Shown here: piece by piece, positions 1 to 9,103 of the stretch
How the letters are laid out: each line of letters begins with the position of its first letter
Position numbering within the stretch: position 1 is the stretch's first letter
Assembly (NCBI GenBank): GCA_028714375.1
Contig: JAQTMK010000004.1
Location: 3,608-67,607 of the forward strand
Reading direction: 5' to 3'
DNA: 64,000 nt
Source of the DNA: Candidatus Nanoarchaeia archaeon
GTDB lineage: Archaea > Nanobdellota > Nanobdellia > SCGC-AAA011-G17 > JACPNG01
Translations under genes and position numbers: made by a program
Notes under the pieces: generated by a model
The model's database searches: none
The model's input: the letters and a program-made list of their open reading frames with translations, nothing else
What the model was told of the DNA's origin: nothing

Positions 1-682
1 TTAATTCGTAAAGTTTATCGAATGAACTTAAAATACTATGGAATATCAGCTCTGCGTTTACAGAATCAATATTTTTTATAAATTGATTTTCATCATGACC
101 TCTCGAAATTAATTCTAGAGATTCATTTAATGTTCCGTCTAAAGAAGATAAATTTGTGTATAAATTATTTATTTCTCTCCGATGGATTGTGCCATCTTCA
201 ATTTTACTTAAGATCCTGTCTAAATTTTGCCTGAACAACAATAAAGACGATCTTACTTTGTTGACTTTTTCTCTAAAAGACAATTCATAAAGTTCATTCA
301 GAACAATATCCTGCTTCATGGATACGAGTTTAGATGCTACTATTGCAATTAAAATTAAACAAGAAATAACTTCGATGATAACAATTATCTTGAACCATCC
401 GTATGGAATGATATCCCCAAATCCTGTTGTTGTTGCTGTAACAAAACTAAAATAAATTGAGTCTCTTAAGCTATCTACAGGCTGGTTTTTTGATATATAA
501 TAAATAAATGAGTTTGAATCTTGGCAGTAATAATAAATCCCCCCAAAAATTAAGATTATTGCAATCCATATCAGGAAAATGTGAGAATAATTTAATTTGT
601 CTGTTAGTGTTCTTAGACCTCTTTTATTTAATTCCCTATAAAATGCTCTTATTCTTTTCAATCTATCACCCTTTTTATTCAA
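1..682 (-). CDS. Two-TM potassium channel, partial (C-terminus runs off the left window edge); TTG start
   Basis: Hand translation of the minus strand gives ...IFLIWIAIILIFGGIYYY...SIYFSFVTATTTGFGDIIPYGWFKIIVIIEVISCLILIAIV..., then a helical cytoplasmic tail open to position 2. TTTGFGD is a K+ selectivity filter. The upstream in-frame stop is at 722-724 and the first start-like codon is TTG at 680-682. It is absent from the ORF track because there is no stop in the window. Confidence 0.7.
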   Translation of the reverse strand, partial: MNKKGDRLKRIRAFYRELNKRGLRTLTDKLNYSHIFLIWIAIILIFGGIYYYCQDSNSFIYYISKNQPVDSLRDSIYFSFVTATTTGFGDIIPYGWFKIIVIIEVISCLILIAIVASKLVSMKQDIVLNELYELSFREKVNKVRSSLLLFRQNLDRILSKIEDGTIHRREINNLYTNLSSLDGTLNESLELISRGHDENQFIKNIDSVNAELIFHSILSSFDKLYEL

Positions 683-796
683 AGATTTTATTTTAGTTTT
701 TAAAACTTTGTATTTCAGGATTTATTACTTATTAATAGAGTTCATTTTTGATTAATACGAAAGATTTATATAGCAATTTTTTAGATATACACAATT

Positions 797-1429
797 ATGG
801 AAATAGAGGTGATATTGCTAAGGTTCTTGATTATCGGAGTATTATCATTCTTATTTGGTTTGGAGAGGCAAAGAGCACACAAACCCATCGGATTTGGAAC
901 TTTTGTTTTTGTTGCGTCCGGAGCTTGTGGTTTGGCAATGGCTGCAATAACATTATATCCAGAAGATCCAATCTCATTGCTTGGTGCAATTGTTACAGGT
1001 ATAGGTTTTTTAGGTGCTGGTGCTTTAATTAAAACATCAGACAAAATCTTTGGGTTTAATACTGCTGCGAGCATATGGGCATTTGCGATCATTGGACTGA
1101 TTATAGGAACTGGACAGTATGTTATTGGTGGAGCTTTATATATAGTCACCTGGTTTATCGTCTTTGTAGACAGATATCTTGAAAGAAGAGGTATTGGATC
1201 TTACAGAAGAACTGTAAAAATATTTACCAATAAAATGGTTAATTCAAAAGATATTGAAATAATTTTAGCTTCAGGGGTTGATAAGTCAAGATTAATTACA
1301 ACTGAAGTTAACAAATCTGAAAACAAAGCTTCATTCACCTACTTGGTTGAAGGATTAAAAGAAGAAATAAATTCTAACCTGAAAAAAATTCTTGAAAAAT
1401 CATGGTGTGAATCAATCAAGGTTGAGTAG
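797..1429 (+). CDS. MgtC/SapB family membrane protein
   Basis: N-terminal multi-TM region with GLERQ..HKPIGFGT and GAGALIK motifs typical of the MgtC family, plus a soluble C-terminal domain. A TATA-like 'gatttatata' lies about 25 nt upstream. Confidence 0.75.
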   Translation: MEIEVILLRFLIIGVLSFLFGLERQRAHKPIGFGTFVFVASGACGLAMAAITLYPEDPISLLGAIVTGIGFLGAGALIKTSDKIFGFNTAASIWAFAIIGLIIGTGQYVIGGALYIVTWFIVFVDRYLERRGIGSYRRTVKIFTNKMVNSKDIEIILASGVDKSRLITTEVNKSENKASFTYLVEGLKEEINSNLKKILEKSWCESIKVE

Positions 1430-2456
1430 TTTTGTTAAATAAATACTGAGGGAGATAGGATCTTTTATGATAACTGTACAACTCAATTAAATTAAATTTT
1501 TCAATTAAGTCCTTGAAATCTTCTCTTAATTTCATTATCATTGATCTTATTTTACTTTTATCCTGGGATTCTATGTCAACTTCCATATCCCAATCACCGA
1601 TGGTTTTGTTTACCTGAACAATTTCCTGTGTGTTTAGGAAGAACTGCATAAGCTGTGATTCTCTTTCCAGACTTACATTATGCAATTTTAAAAACAGCCT
1701 CGAAGAATGAACATTTAATTTTTCTGTATCAATTATGTGCTTGAACCCTTTTATTACATTTCTTTTTGTTAAGTCTTTTATTATTGACTTTACTGTTTTT
1801 ATATTTAGTTTTGAAACTTCTGCTAATTTTGTTAATGTTATTGTCGGATCTGTTAATAAATTCTGCAATACATTTAATTCATTTTTATTAAAATCAACTA
1901 ATTCTTTGTCTCCCCCCAAAAGTCTTTCGATGTTTAAATTATGTAAGTTTTGATTTTTAGTAAGATAATGTCTTGGATAAACATAGGTAACCAAATTTAA
2001 GATTATTTTATAATCATTGAGTGCTGGATTTAAAGTTATTATTCTTTTGAATTCTTTATTAAATTTTGATGGGTTTGGGGATGTGAATTCAACTCCAAGA
2101 TCAAATTCTCCAGTGAAATCATAGATTGAAGTTACAAATGAGTTGTTTTTCAGTTCATCTATAATTTTTGCCTTATCCTGTTCTTTGATATAACCACCTT
2201 TGAAGTAGGTTCTGAACAGGATTAGCCCAAAATGAGAATAGTCAACTATGCAGTATGGCTCTTTTAGTATCTTCTCTTTTTCCAAGGTAGAAATTGAGTA
2301 TTTTAGCCTTTGTGGGGTTGTTTTAAGGTGTTGTGATAGCTCTTTTAGAGAACGTCTTGCGTTTTCTGACTTTAAATATATGAGTTCATGGTTGATTTTT
2401 ACCATTAGGATTATTATTTTTTTACTTATTAATAAATTTATTGTTTTTTCTGGCAA
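1416..2456 (-). CDS. Tandem Lrp/AsnC-type transcriptional regulator (two HTH plus RAM-like modules)
   Basis: Two repeated modules, each with an HTH (e.g. RSLKELSQHLKTTPQRLKYSISTLEKEKIL and ITLTKLAEVSKLNIKTVKSIIKDLTKRNVI) followed by a beta-alpha-beta effector-like domain. The real start may be the internal MVKINHE (2405). Confidence 0.55.
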   Translation of the reverse strand: MPEKTINLLISKKIIILMVKINHELIYLKSENARRSLKELSQHLKTTPQRLKYSISTLEKEKILKEPYCIVDYSHFGLILFRTYFKGGYIKEQDKAKIIDELKNNSFVTSIYDFTGEFDLGVEFTSPNPSKFNKEFKRIITLNPALNDYKIILNLVTYVYPRHYLTKNQNLHNLNIERLLGGDKELVDFNKNELNVLQNLLTDPTITLTKLAEVSKLNIKTVKSIIKDLTKRNVIKGFKHIIDTEKLNVHSSRLFLKLHNVSLERESQLMQFFLNTQEIVQVNKTIGDWDMEVDIESQDKSKIRSMIMKLREDFKDLIEKFNLIELYSYHKRSYLPQYLFNKTTQP

Positions 2457-2511
2457 AAAGTAAAAAAACAGGCCAGATAAATATATATAGAGAATCCACC
2501 TAAAATAGAGT

Positions 2512-3564
2512 ATGGAAACTGAGGTGAGTAAGGAAAATCTATTTGAATTCCTCGTGGAGCATCATGTAAAGAGGAATCTACCTAAATGTCTTAAATATTT
2601 TGATCCTATGGTGGGTAGAATTAAGCATCCCTTTAAAAAAAATTGTTATATTCCTGAAAAACAGGAAAATAGTATTTATAAGGGAGTTCTAATTTTTGCG
2701 GATGGTAATGTTTTTAGTAGTGCAGCAACCCACAAGGAGGAAGATGTTGTTAATAATCAAGAAATAGGTAGCCCAAAAAGAGTTGAGACTAAAAAAGATT
2801 TAGAGAAATACATTATAGAAACTGAGGAAGACGATGGAGCTCATATATTTAATGGGGACGAAGATACGATTCTTTGGGTTGGTATGCTAAATAATCATCC
2901 TGCCATCCCACCAAAAGATAAAGCTCTTAACGATTATTTTAATAATTATTCTTTTGGTGATAGAGTACCAAGTAATTTTGTTTATTCTAATAAGAAAGAG
3001 GGTAAAGTTAAAGATACAGAAGTTGGAAACAAAACAAACATCGCTGATTTCTTGTCAGGATTTTATAGTGTTAAATATCAGAAGAGTATTGAATCATTCC
3101 AAATTAAGCAGAGTAGTTATAGTGATTTTGGTATGGGTAAAGTAACTCACTTTACAAAAGATGGCTTAGGTGAAGAATTTTTCTTCAAAACTTACGAATC
3201 TGATATGGGTAATTTTTACGAGAATGCCGATCATTCAGAGGAGGGCGTTGAATATTTAAAAACTTCAGAGGGAATTGAAGTGTTAATTGATCGTGAAAGA
3301 AAAATTGTCGGAACTTATAGACAATACGAAAAAGGAACGGATGGATTAAAATTAATTGATGGAGCACATATCCCTGAAGATAAGATTAAAGAGCTTACTA
3401 GAGCTTGTTACCATCCCTCTAGGGTGGGGAGTATAGAAGATAATCTAGAAGAAACCCCCCACTCTAGCCTCTCAATATCTGGAGGTAGAATTTATAGGGT
3501 TGGTTTGCCTCTTGGTCCAATGTATGAGGTGGATAAGGATTTGGCAGCAGCACCTAATCTCTAG
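2512..3564 (+). CDS. Hypothetical soluble protein, 350 aa
   Basis: Long ORF with normal amino-acid composition and an upstream AT-rich TATA-like element. I recognise no family motif. Its 3' end overlaps serS by 11 nt (convergent). Confidence 0.5.
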   Translation: METEVSKENLFEFLVEHHVKRNLPKCLKYFDPMVGRIKHPFKKNCYIPEKQENSIYKGVLIFADGNVFSSAATHKEEDVVNNQEIGSPKRVETKKDLEKYIIETEEDDGAHIFNGDEDTILWVGMLNNHPAIPPKDKALNDYFNNYSFGDRVPSNFVYSNKKEGKVKDTEVGNKTNIADFLSGFYSVKYQKSIESFQIKQSSYSDFGMGKVTHFTKDGLGEEFFFKTYESDMGNFYENADHSEEGVEYLKTSEGIEVLIDRERKIVGTYRQYEKGTDGLKLIDGAHIPEDKIKELTRACYHPSRVGSIEDNLEETPHSSLSISGGRIYRVGLPLGPMYEVDKDLAAAPNL

Positions 3565-4834
3565 AAATTTTATTTTTTCCAAACAGATATGGCTGAAGAA
3601 CTTTTGGGATATTAATGCTACCATCTTTGTTCTGATGGTTTTCAAGTATAGCAACCATTGCTCTTGAAGTTGCAACCATGGTGTTGTTTAAAATATGAAC
3701 ATAATCTCTTGATGTATCTTTCTTAAGATATTTTATGTTTAATCTTCTTGCCTGATAGTCAGTGCAATTACTTGCAGAGGTAACTTCCTTGTATGAATCC
3801 TGTCTTGGGAACCAGGCTTCGATATCATACTGCTTTGCCTGTTTATCACCAATATCACCTGAACAGATTTCTATTACTCTGAATGGAATTTCCAAACTCT
3901 TGAAAAATTCCTCTGATATCTTTTGTATTTCTTCAAGTATTTTGTAAGAGTCTTCTGGTTTTGAAAATATAACCTGTTCTACTTTATTGAACTGATGCAT
4001 CCTAAACAGTCCTTTTGTATCAACTCCACGACTTCCAATTTCTTTTCTAAAACATGGGGTTACTGCACAAAGTTTTATAGGAAGTTCATCATAATCTATT
4101 TTTTCATCTTTGAAAATTGGAACCAAGGAATTTTCTGCAGTTCCTATCAAATATAAATCTTCATTTTCAATTTTGTATATTACTTCTTCAAAGTCAGCCA
4201 TGTTTACTACTCCTTCCATAGTTTCTTTTCTTATCAATATTGGAGGAATAACAACCTTGAAACTTTTTTTAACCAAAAAATCAATTCCATATCTTTGCAG
4301 TGCTAAGTCTAGTAATGCCAGATCTCCTAAAAGATAGTTAAATCCCTGTCCTGCCAGTTTTCTTCCTGCTTCAAAGTCAGCGATCTTTAATTCTTCTGCC
4401 AGATCTGAATGTGATTTTATTTCAAAATTCTTTTTTTCTATTTTTCCAACTTTTCTTATCTCCTTATTTTCAGAAGCATCTTTTCCTTTTGGAACAGACT
4501 CATGAAGAATATTTGGAAGTCTTAGCATATAATAATTAATTTCATTCTGAAGATTCTCCATAGAAGTTTCTCTTTCTTTGATTTTTTCAGGAAGTTCTTT
4601 TGCTTCTTTAAGAATTGGTTTAACATCCTTGTTTTGTTTTTTTAGAGTATTAATTTCCTGTGCAAGTTCATTTCTTCTTTGCCTTAAATCATCTGTTTCT
4701 TTTTTTAGATCTCTTACTAACCTATCTTTTTCAATAATTTCATCAATCAAATTTATTTTATCTTCTTTGAATCTTTTTTTAAGATTATCTTTTACTATTT
4801 TTGGGTTTTCTCTTAGTAATCGTATGTCTATCAT
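3554..4834 (-). CDS. serS: Seryl-tRNA synthetase
   Basis: N-terminal coiled-coil tRNA-binding arm (MIDIRLLRENPK...) and a class II core (FRKEIGSRGVDTKGLFRMHQFNKVE, TSASNCTDYQARRLNI). Confidence 0.95.
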   Translation of the reverse strand: MIDIRLLRENPKIVKDNLKKRFKEDKINLIDEIIEKDRLVRDLKKETDDLRQRRNELAQEINTLKKQNKDVKPILKEAKELPEKIKERETSMENLQNEINYYMLRLPNILHESVPKGKDASENKEIRKVGKIEKKNFEIKSHSDLAEELKIADFEAGRKLAGQGFNYLLGDLALLDLALQRYGIDFLVKKSFKVVIPPILIRKETMEGVVNMADFEEVIYKIENEDLYLIGTAENSLVPIFKDEKIDYDELPIKLCAVTPCFRKEIGSRGVDTKGLFRMHQFNKVEQVIFSKPEDSYKILEEIQKISEEFFKSLEIPFRVIEICSGDIGDKQAKQYDIEAWFPRQDSYKEVTSASNCTDYQARRLNIKYLKKDTSRDYVHILNNTMVATSRAMVAILENHQNKDGSINIPKVLQPYLFGKNKISRD

Positions 4835-4929
4835 AGAATTTAGAACTTTAAGAATTATTTAAAGATTTCTTATTTAAGTTTATTTTACATCAAATAAATG
4901 CTTATAAAAAAGAAAGAAATGTTATAACC

Positions 4930-5436
4930 ATGAATAAACACAAATTTAATTTTTTTGTAAGGCCAATACTTATCGCACTAGTTTTAGCTATCGGTTGGTA
5001 TATATTAAAATTAAATGGATTTATTTTTAATCACGATTTTGATACAGAACTTCTTTCAAGCGGAACAATCTCTTCCTTAGGAATATTTTATACTTTAGTT
5101 TATGCTTTTGTTTTAGCTACGGTCTGGACTCAGTTTTTAGAAGTAGAGGAAGCGATAAAGATAAGAGACAAAAAATCATTTATCAGACACAAGGATAAAA
5201 GAATACCAATTCCAATTAAATTACTTTTATTAGTATTTTCCACACTGATATTGGGAGCGTTTTTTATAAGTCCGTTTAAGAGCAACATCATTGGATTTTA
5301 TTCTGTTTTTGCTGTAGCTTTGGGTTTATCCATGAACTGGGCAGTTATACTAGAATTAGACCACCCGTTTGAAGGAATATGGAATTTAAAGATACCTGAT
5401 GAATGGAAAGAACAGAGAAAAATACAGAAATTTTAA
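4930..5436 (+). CDS. Hypothetical membrane protein (possibly DUF4239-like)
   Basis: Three to four predicted TM helices. The segment GIFYTLVYAFVLATVWTQFLEVEEAIK resembles my recollection of DUF4239; the family call is weak. Confidence 0.5.
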   Translation: MNKHKFNFFVRPILIALVLAIGWYILKLNGFIFNHDFDTELLSSGTISSLGIFYTLVYAFVLATVWTQFLEVEEAIKIRDKKSFIRHKDKRIPIPIKLLLLVFSTLILGAFFISPFKSNIIGFYSVFAVALGLSMNWAVILELDHPFEGIWNLKIPDEWKEQRKIQKF

Positions 5437-5503
5437 AAAACAAAAGCTTTTTAAACCAGAGATTTACAAAGTTTCTTATTAAACCAATGATAGGAGGTTT
5501 AAA

Positions 5504-5917
5504 ATGGAAATATCAAAAGAAACAATTGAAAAAGCATTCGAGGCCATTGAAGTAGCTAAGAATACAGGTAAAATAAAAAAAGGTGTTAACGAAGTAACAA
5601 AGGTTATAGAAAAAAATCTTGCTAAACTTGTTGTTGTTGCTAAGGATGTTAATCCTGCAGAAGTTGTTATGCACATTAAACCTTTATGCGATGAAAAAGA
5701 TATTCTATGTGTAGAAGTTCCTTCAAGAGAAGAATTGGGAACTGCTGCCGGACTTCAAAGACCAACTACATCTGTGGCTATAGTCCAAGAAGGTGATTCT
5801 AAGAAATTAATCAAGGAAATAGCTGACAAGATCAAACCTAAGAAAGAAGAAGAAAAACCTGAAAGAAAACATAAAAAAGTAGAAGAAGAAAATGGCGAAA
5901 CAGAATCAACCGAATAA
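5504..5917 (+). CDS. rpl7ae: Ribosomal protein L7Ae with K/E-rich C-terminal tail
   Basis: [26 protein letters not shown]...[23 protein letters not shown] is the L7Ae/L30e/S12e fold signature. GGAGG Shine-Dalgarno upstream. Confidence 0.9.
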   Translation: MEISKETIEKAFEAIEVAKNTGKIKKGVNEVTKVIEKNLAKLVVVAKDVNPAEVVMHIKPLCDEKDILCVEVPSREELGTAAGLQRPTTSVAIVQEGDSKKLIKEIADKIKPKKEEEKPERKHKKVEEENGETESTE

Positions 5918-5975
5918 GGAACAGAAAAATACTCAAGAAACTCCTAAGGAAACTGTAACTAAAACAGGAGCAGGT

Positions 5976-6194
5976 ATGTTTACAAATGCAGTCCCTGCTA
6001 TAGTTGAAGAAATAATCGGAAGAACAGGAACAAGAGGAGAAATAATCCAGGTTAGATGCAAAGTCCTTGAAGGAAGGGATCAAAGCAAAGTTCTAAGAAG
6101 AAATGTTAAGGGTTCTATAAGGAAGAAAGATATTTTAATGCTCAGAGAAACAGAAATTGAAGCTAGAAAACTAATGAGAGGAAAGAAGAGTTAA
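5976..6194 (+). CDS. rps28e: Ribosomal protein S28e
   Basis: [59 protein letters not shown] matches S28e. The ORF track starts at 5892, overlapping L7Ae by 26 nt. The ATG at 5976 with an upstream GGAG gives a canonical 72-aa protein. Confidence 0.85.
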   Translation: MFTNAVPAIVEEIIGRTGTRGEIIQVRCKVLEGRDQSKVLRRNVKGSIRKKDILMLRETEIEARKLMRGKKS

Positions 6195-6195
6195 A

Positions 6196-6402
6196 ATGGC
6201 TAGATGTTCTTTTTGCGGAAAAATCATTGAAAAAGGAAGCGGAAAACTATTTGTTTTCAAATCTGGAAAAACCAACGATTTCTGTTCAAATAAATGTGAG
6301 AAAAATTTACTTAAGTTAAAAAGAAAACCAAGAAAGTACAAATGGACTCATTCTTTTGAAAAAGGCGTGAAAAAAGAAGAAAAGAAAGTTACTGAAAAAT
6401 GA
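6196..6402 (+). CDS. rpl24e: Ribosomal protein L24e
   Basis: MARCSFCGKIIEKGSGKLFV...FCSNKCEKN zinc-ribbon signature of L24e. Confidence 0.9.
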   Translation: MARCSFCGKIIEKGSGKLFVFKSGKTNDFCSNKCEKNLLKLKRKPRKYKWTHSFEKGVKKEEKKVTEK

Positions 6403-6968
6403 TTGAAAAAACATTAGTTTTATTAAAACCTGATGCTATTCAAAGATCTATCTCTGGTAAAATTATTTCTAGATTTGAAGATACTGGCTTGAAGATTATT
6501 GGAATGAAAATGATCTGGCCTGATAAAGAACTTGCTGAAAATCATTATCCTCTTGATGAAGAATGGATGAAAATTGCTTTCGAGAAAACAAAAACAACTG
6601 CTGAAAAAGAAAATAGAGAATTTAAATTTAAAAACCATGTTGAATTTGGTAAAACTTTACAGAGTTGGTTGGTTGATTTCATAACTGAGTCTCCGGTGAT
6701 CGCTCTTGTTCTGGAAGGACCTCACGCAGTTGAATTAGCAAGGAAACTAACTGGGCATACTGAACCAAAACAGGCTTCTGTTGGAACTATAAGAGGAGAC
6801 TTTGCTTCTGTTGAGTCATATGCAGTTGCCAATACTGTATTAAGAACTGTTAAAAATTTAATTCACGCTTCTGATTCTTTAGAGAATGCTAAAAAAGAAA
6901 TTTCTCTTTGGTTTAATGATAATGAATTATATGATTACAAGACTCTGCATGAATCCTATCTAGCATGA
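6399..6968 (+). CDS. ndk: Nucleoside diphosphate kinase (with internal insertion)
   Basis: KTLVLLKPDAIQR, GTIRGDF and NLIHASDS (active-site His) motifs. 4-nt overlap with rpl24e. It follows the conserved L7Ae-S28e-L24e-NDK order. Confidence 0.9.
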   Translation: MIEKTLVLLKPDAIQRSISGKIISRFEDTGLKIIGMKMIWPDKELAENHYPLDEEWMKIAFEKTKTTAEKENREFKFKNHVEFGKTLQSWLVDFITESPVIALVLEGPHAVELARKLTGHTEPKQASVGTIRGDFASVESYAVANTVLRTVKNLIHASDSLENAKKEISLWFNDNELYDYKTLHESYLA

Positions 6969-7981
6969 TTTCTTTCAACTCTGTTTGCAAGCAATCTTAA
7001 TTGGCTATTCTGTCTTCCCAAGTAACGATTTGGAGGATTTCTTGTTGCCTCTGCTATTGCACTTATGCTTCGTATGTATTGATTATTTAATTTTTCATTA
7101 AAGTCCTGAAGGGATCTTACTCCACCAGATACACTTCTTACAGCTTCTGCAAGATTTTTTGCTGCTTCCCACAAGGGGGCATTATAATTTAGTGTTTGCT
7201 GATATCTCGCAGTTAGGTAAGCTAGTTCTCCTACATTATGCAAGGTTGTTTCAAATATTTTTATCTGTGAATAAAGATTTTCTATATCTCTCTTACTGTG
7301 TGTTGTTCCGATATCCACAATCCTTTTTTTGTAATTTAAATCTTTCATAATTCTCTCTTCCCTGAATGCTTCAAGGAAATTCTGATAATAATTTGGATCT
7401 TTATCGGTTAATTTGTTAAATTTATCTGAAACCTCTTTGCATCTTCTTTTCTGTTCTTCAAGCACCCCTGATTCGAGCTGTTTTTTAATATTAGTATGTT
7501 GTTCTGTTGTTGAGACTATATCTTCAAGGGTTGCATCTGCATTCTTTAGTTCTGTGGTGTAATGATCCCTCATAGTTATGAGGTTTTGATTAAGCTCATT
7601 CACAATAATTTGCTGATCTTTGAAAACTTCATAGATATCCTTATGTAAATTTGCTTTCTTTGAAAATTTAGTATAGAAAAACTCAAGAGTTCTGAACAAG
7701 GCTGAATTTTCTATGAGTATAATTTTATTTAATTGACCCTGATTTTTGTTAATCTGATAAATTAGTTCTTTAAGATCTCCCGGTCGGATATAACACTCAT
7801 TAATAGGATTAAGAGAAATATCTGTTTTTGGCTGATATAATTCTGGATTTATTATCTGGATTGGTACAGCAGGTTGCTGAGAATAGACTCTCATTGGTAA
7901 ATCTCTTTTTATGATTCCTTTTTGAGGGGTTGGTATAGTTCTCTTATTTTGTTTTAGTTTTTCTAGAATTGGATCTTTCAT
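6956..7981 (-). CDS. Hypothetical all-helical protein, 341 aa, sharing an N-terminal module with the upstream gene
   Basis: Long ORF. The N-terminus MKDPILEKLKQNKRTIP parallels the neighbour. ATGA start/stop overlap with 7978..8379. No family recognised. Confidence 0.55.
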   Translation of the reverse strand: MKDPILEKLKQNKRTIPTPQKGIIKRDLPMRVYSQQPAVPIQIINPELYQPKTDISLNPINECYIRPGDLKELIYQINKNQGQLNKIILIENSALFRTLEFFYTKFSKKANLHKDIYEVFKDQQIIVNELNQNLITMRDHYTTELKNADATLEDIVSTTEQHTNIKKQLESGVLEEQKRRCKEVSDKFNKLTDKDPNYYQNFLEAFREERIMKDLNYKKRIVDIGTTHSKRDIENLYSQIKIFETTLHNVGELAYLTARYQQTLNYNAPLWEAAKNLAEAVRSVSGGVRSLQDFNEKLNNQYIRSISAIAEATRNPPNRYLGRQNSQLRLLANRVERNHAR

Positions 7982-8379
7982 CTTTTCCTCCTTAGAGTTT
8001 GGTAACTTTTAATGCCAAAATAACCTAGACTGCTTGCTATCAAAGTTGAGACTGGTTCAATAATAAAGCATATACCTGTTGCTGCCAGTGCAGCTTTTTT
8101 CCATTCGTCTTTCACTTTTTGCGGATTTTTATTATACCTAAAATCGTCTTTGATTCTTTCACTTAACCTATGGGAAAAAGTATTTAGGTTCCTGTGCCTA
8201 TGATGATAGTTTATTCTTAAGTCCCCTTCTTCGTCTATAAATGGAAATGATTCCTCTTCAGGAATTTGTCTTTGAACTATGCTTCCAAGATCTGCATAGT
8301 CTGTCTGAACCTCACGTACTGGATTTATTGGAATTGATCTATATCTGTTTTTTAGTTTATCTAATATTGGATCTCCCAT
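7978..8379 (-). CDS. Hypothetical protein, 133 aa, with C-terminal TM helix
   Basis: N-terminus MGDPILDKLKNRYRSIP. C-terminal hydrophobic helix AALAATGICFIIEPVSTLIASSLGYFGI. Translationally coupled to the downstream gene. Confidence 0.5.
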   Translation of the reverse strand: MGDPILDKLKNRYRSIPINPVREVQTDYADLGSIVQRQIPEEESFPFIDEEGDLRINYHHRHRNLNTFSHRLSERIKDDFRYNKNPQKVKDEWKKAALAATGICFIIEPVSTLIASSLGYFGIKSYQTLRRKR

Positions 8380-8488
8380 GACTTATTATTAAGGTAAAAG
8401 ATTAAAAAAAGTTAACAGAAGAAAAGCGTTTATTTTCCGAATTAACATGAAAGAAATTTAATTATCCAGATAAATACCGAATTAAAAT

Positions 8489-8659
8489 TTATTTCTTAGA
8501 AAATTCTGTGTAATGACAGGATCCGCAGTATAATCTATCCTTGTGTTTAGCCAAAAATACACCAGGACCACATCTTGGACAGGATCTTTCTTTTTTCCCG
8601 TCTTTGTATTTAGTCCAGACCTTACTTGGTTTCTTGTTTTTTACTTTCTTTTTTGCCAT
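8489..8659 (-). CDS. rps27ae: Ribosomal protein S27ae (eS31), 56 aa; below the ORF-track size cut-off
   Basis: Hand translation gives [56 protein letters not shown]. The CPRCG...CGSC zinc ribbon and its position after S24e match the conserved cluster. Confidence 0.85.
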   Translation of the reverse strand: MAKKKVKNKKPSKVWTKYKDGKKERSCPRCGPGVFLAKHKDRLYCGSCHYTEFSKK

Positions 8660-8924
8660 CTTTCTTCTTCTTGTTTATTTTTTCTATTTTATTTAAGTCT
8701 TCCTGAGTATTATATACATGAGCAATGACTTTTGCTTTTTGAATACCATATTTCTGGTAAATATGCCTTATTGAAATTAGTTCTTCTGGGGCTTTTGCAA
8801 CTTTTGATATTTCTTTTTTAATATCCTCTTTCTTTGGTGTTGCTTTTTCAAATTCCAGTTCATAAGTCTGTCTCTTCCTTAACAACAAAGGCATTTCTGT
8901 TTCTTTGATTAGACTGAGTTTCAT
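8622..8924 (-). CDS. rps24e: Ribosomal protein S24e
   Basis: Size, composition and its position between spt4 and rps27ae. The motif [32 protein letters not shown] is S24e-like. Confidence 0.8.
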   Translation of the reverse strand: MKLSLIKETEMPLLLRKRQTYELEFEKATPKKEDIKKEISKVAKAPEELISIRHIYQKYGIQKAKVIAHVYNTQEDLNKIEKINKKKKDGKKESKKQETK

Positions 8925-9103
8925 CTTATTTTTATTGCATAATCTCCTTTTACAGTAATATTTATTTTTTTTGCTATGAATGATTTTGATGGATCAACTA
9001 TTGATATTTTTCCCTGCCAATTATCTGTGAAATCGTTATTATGGCAGATAGGACATTTGTCGCCCATTACAAATATTTTACATTTTCTGCATACTTTTTT
9101 CAT
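8921..9103 (-). CDS. spt4: Transcription elongation factor Spt4 (RpoE'')
   Basis: CRKCKIF...CPICHNN zinc ribbon followed by W.GKISIVDPSKSFIAKK...GDYAIK. 4-nt overlaps with both neighbours. Confidence 0.85.
   Translation of the reverse strand: MKKVCRKCKIFVMGDKCPICHNNDFTDNWQGKISIVDPSKSFIAKKINITVKGDYAIKIR

Noticed and set aside
781-1149. 122-aa minus-strand ORF (and 748..1032 +) overlapping the MgtC gene
   Set aside because: This is a shadow frame of a well-supported membrane-protein gene. It has no start context or motif, and its composition mirrors the sense strand.
5892-5975. 28-codon N-terminal extension of S28e overlapping the L7Ae tail
   Set aside because: Canonical S28e proteins are ~70 aa. 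The ATG at 5976 has a GGAG upstream and restores the normal length. The extension is kept only as an alternative.
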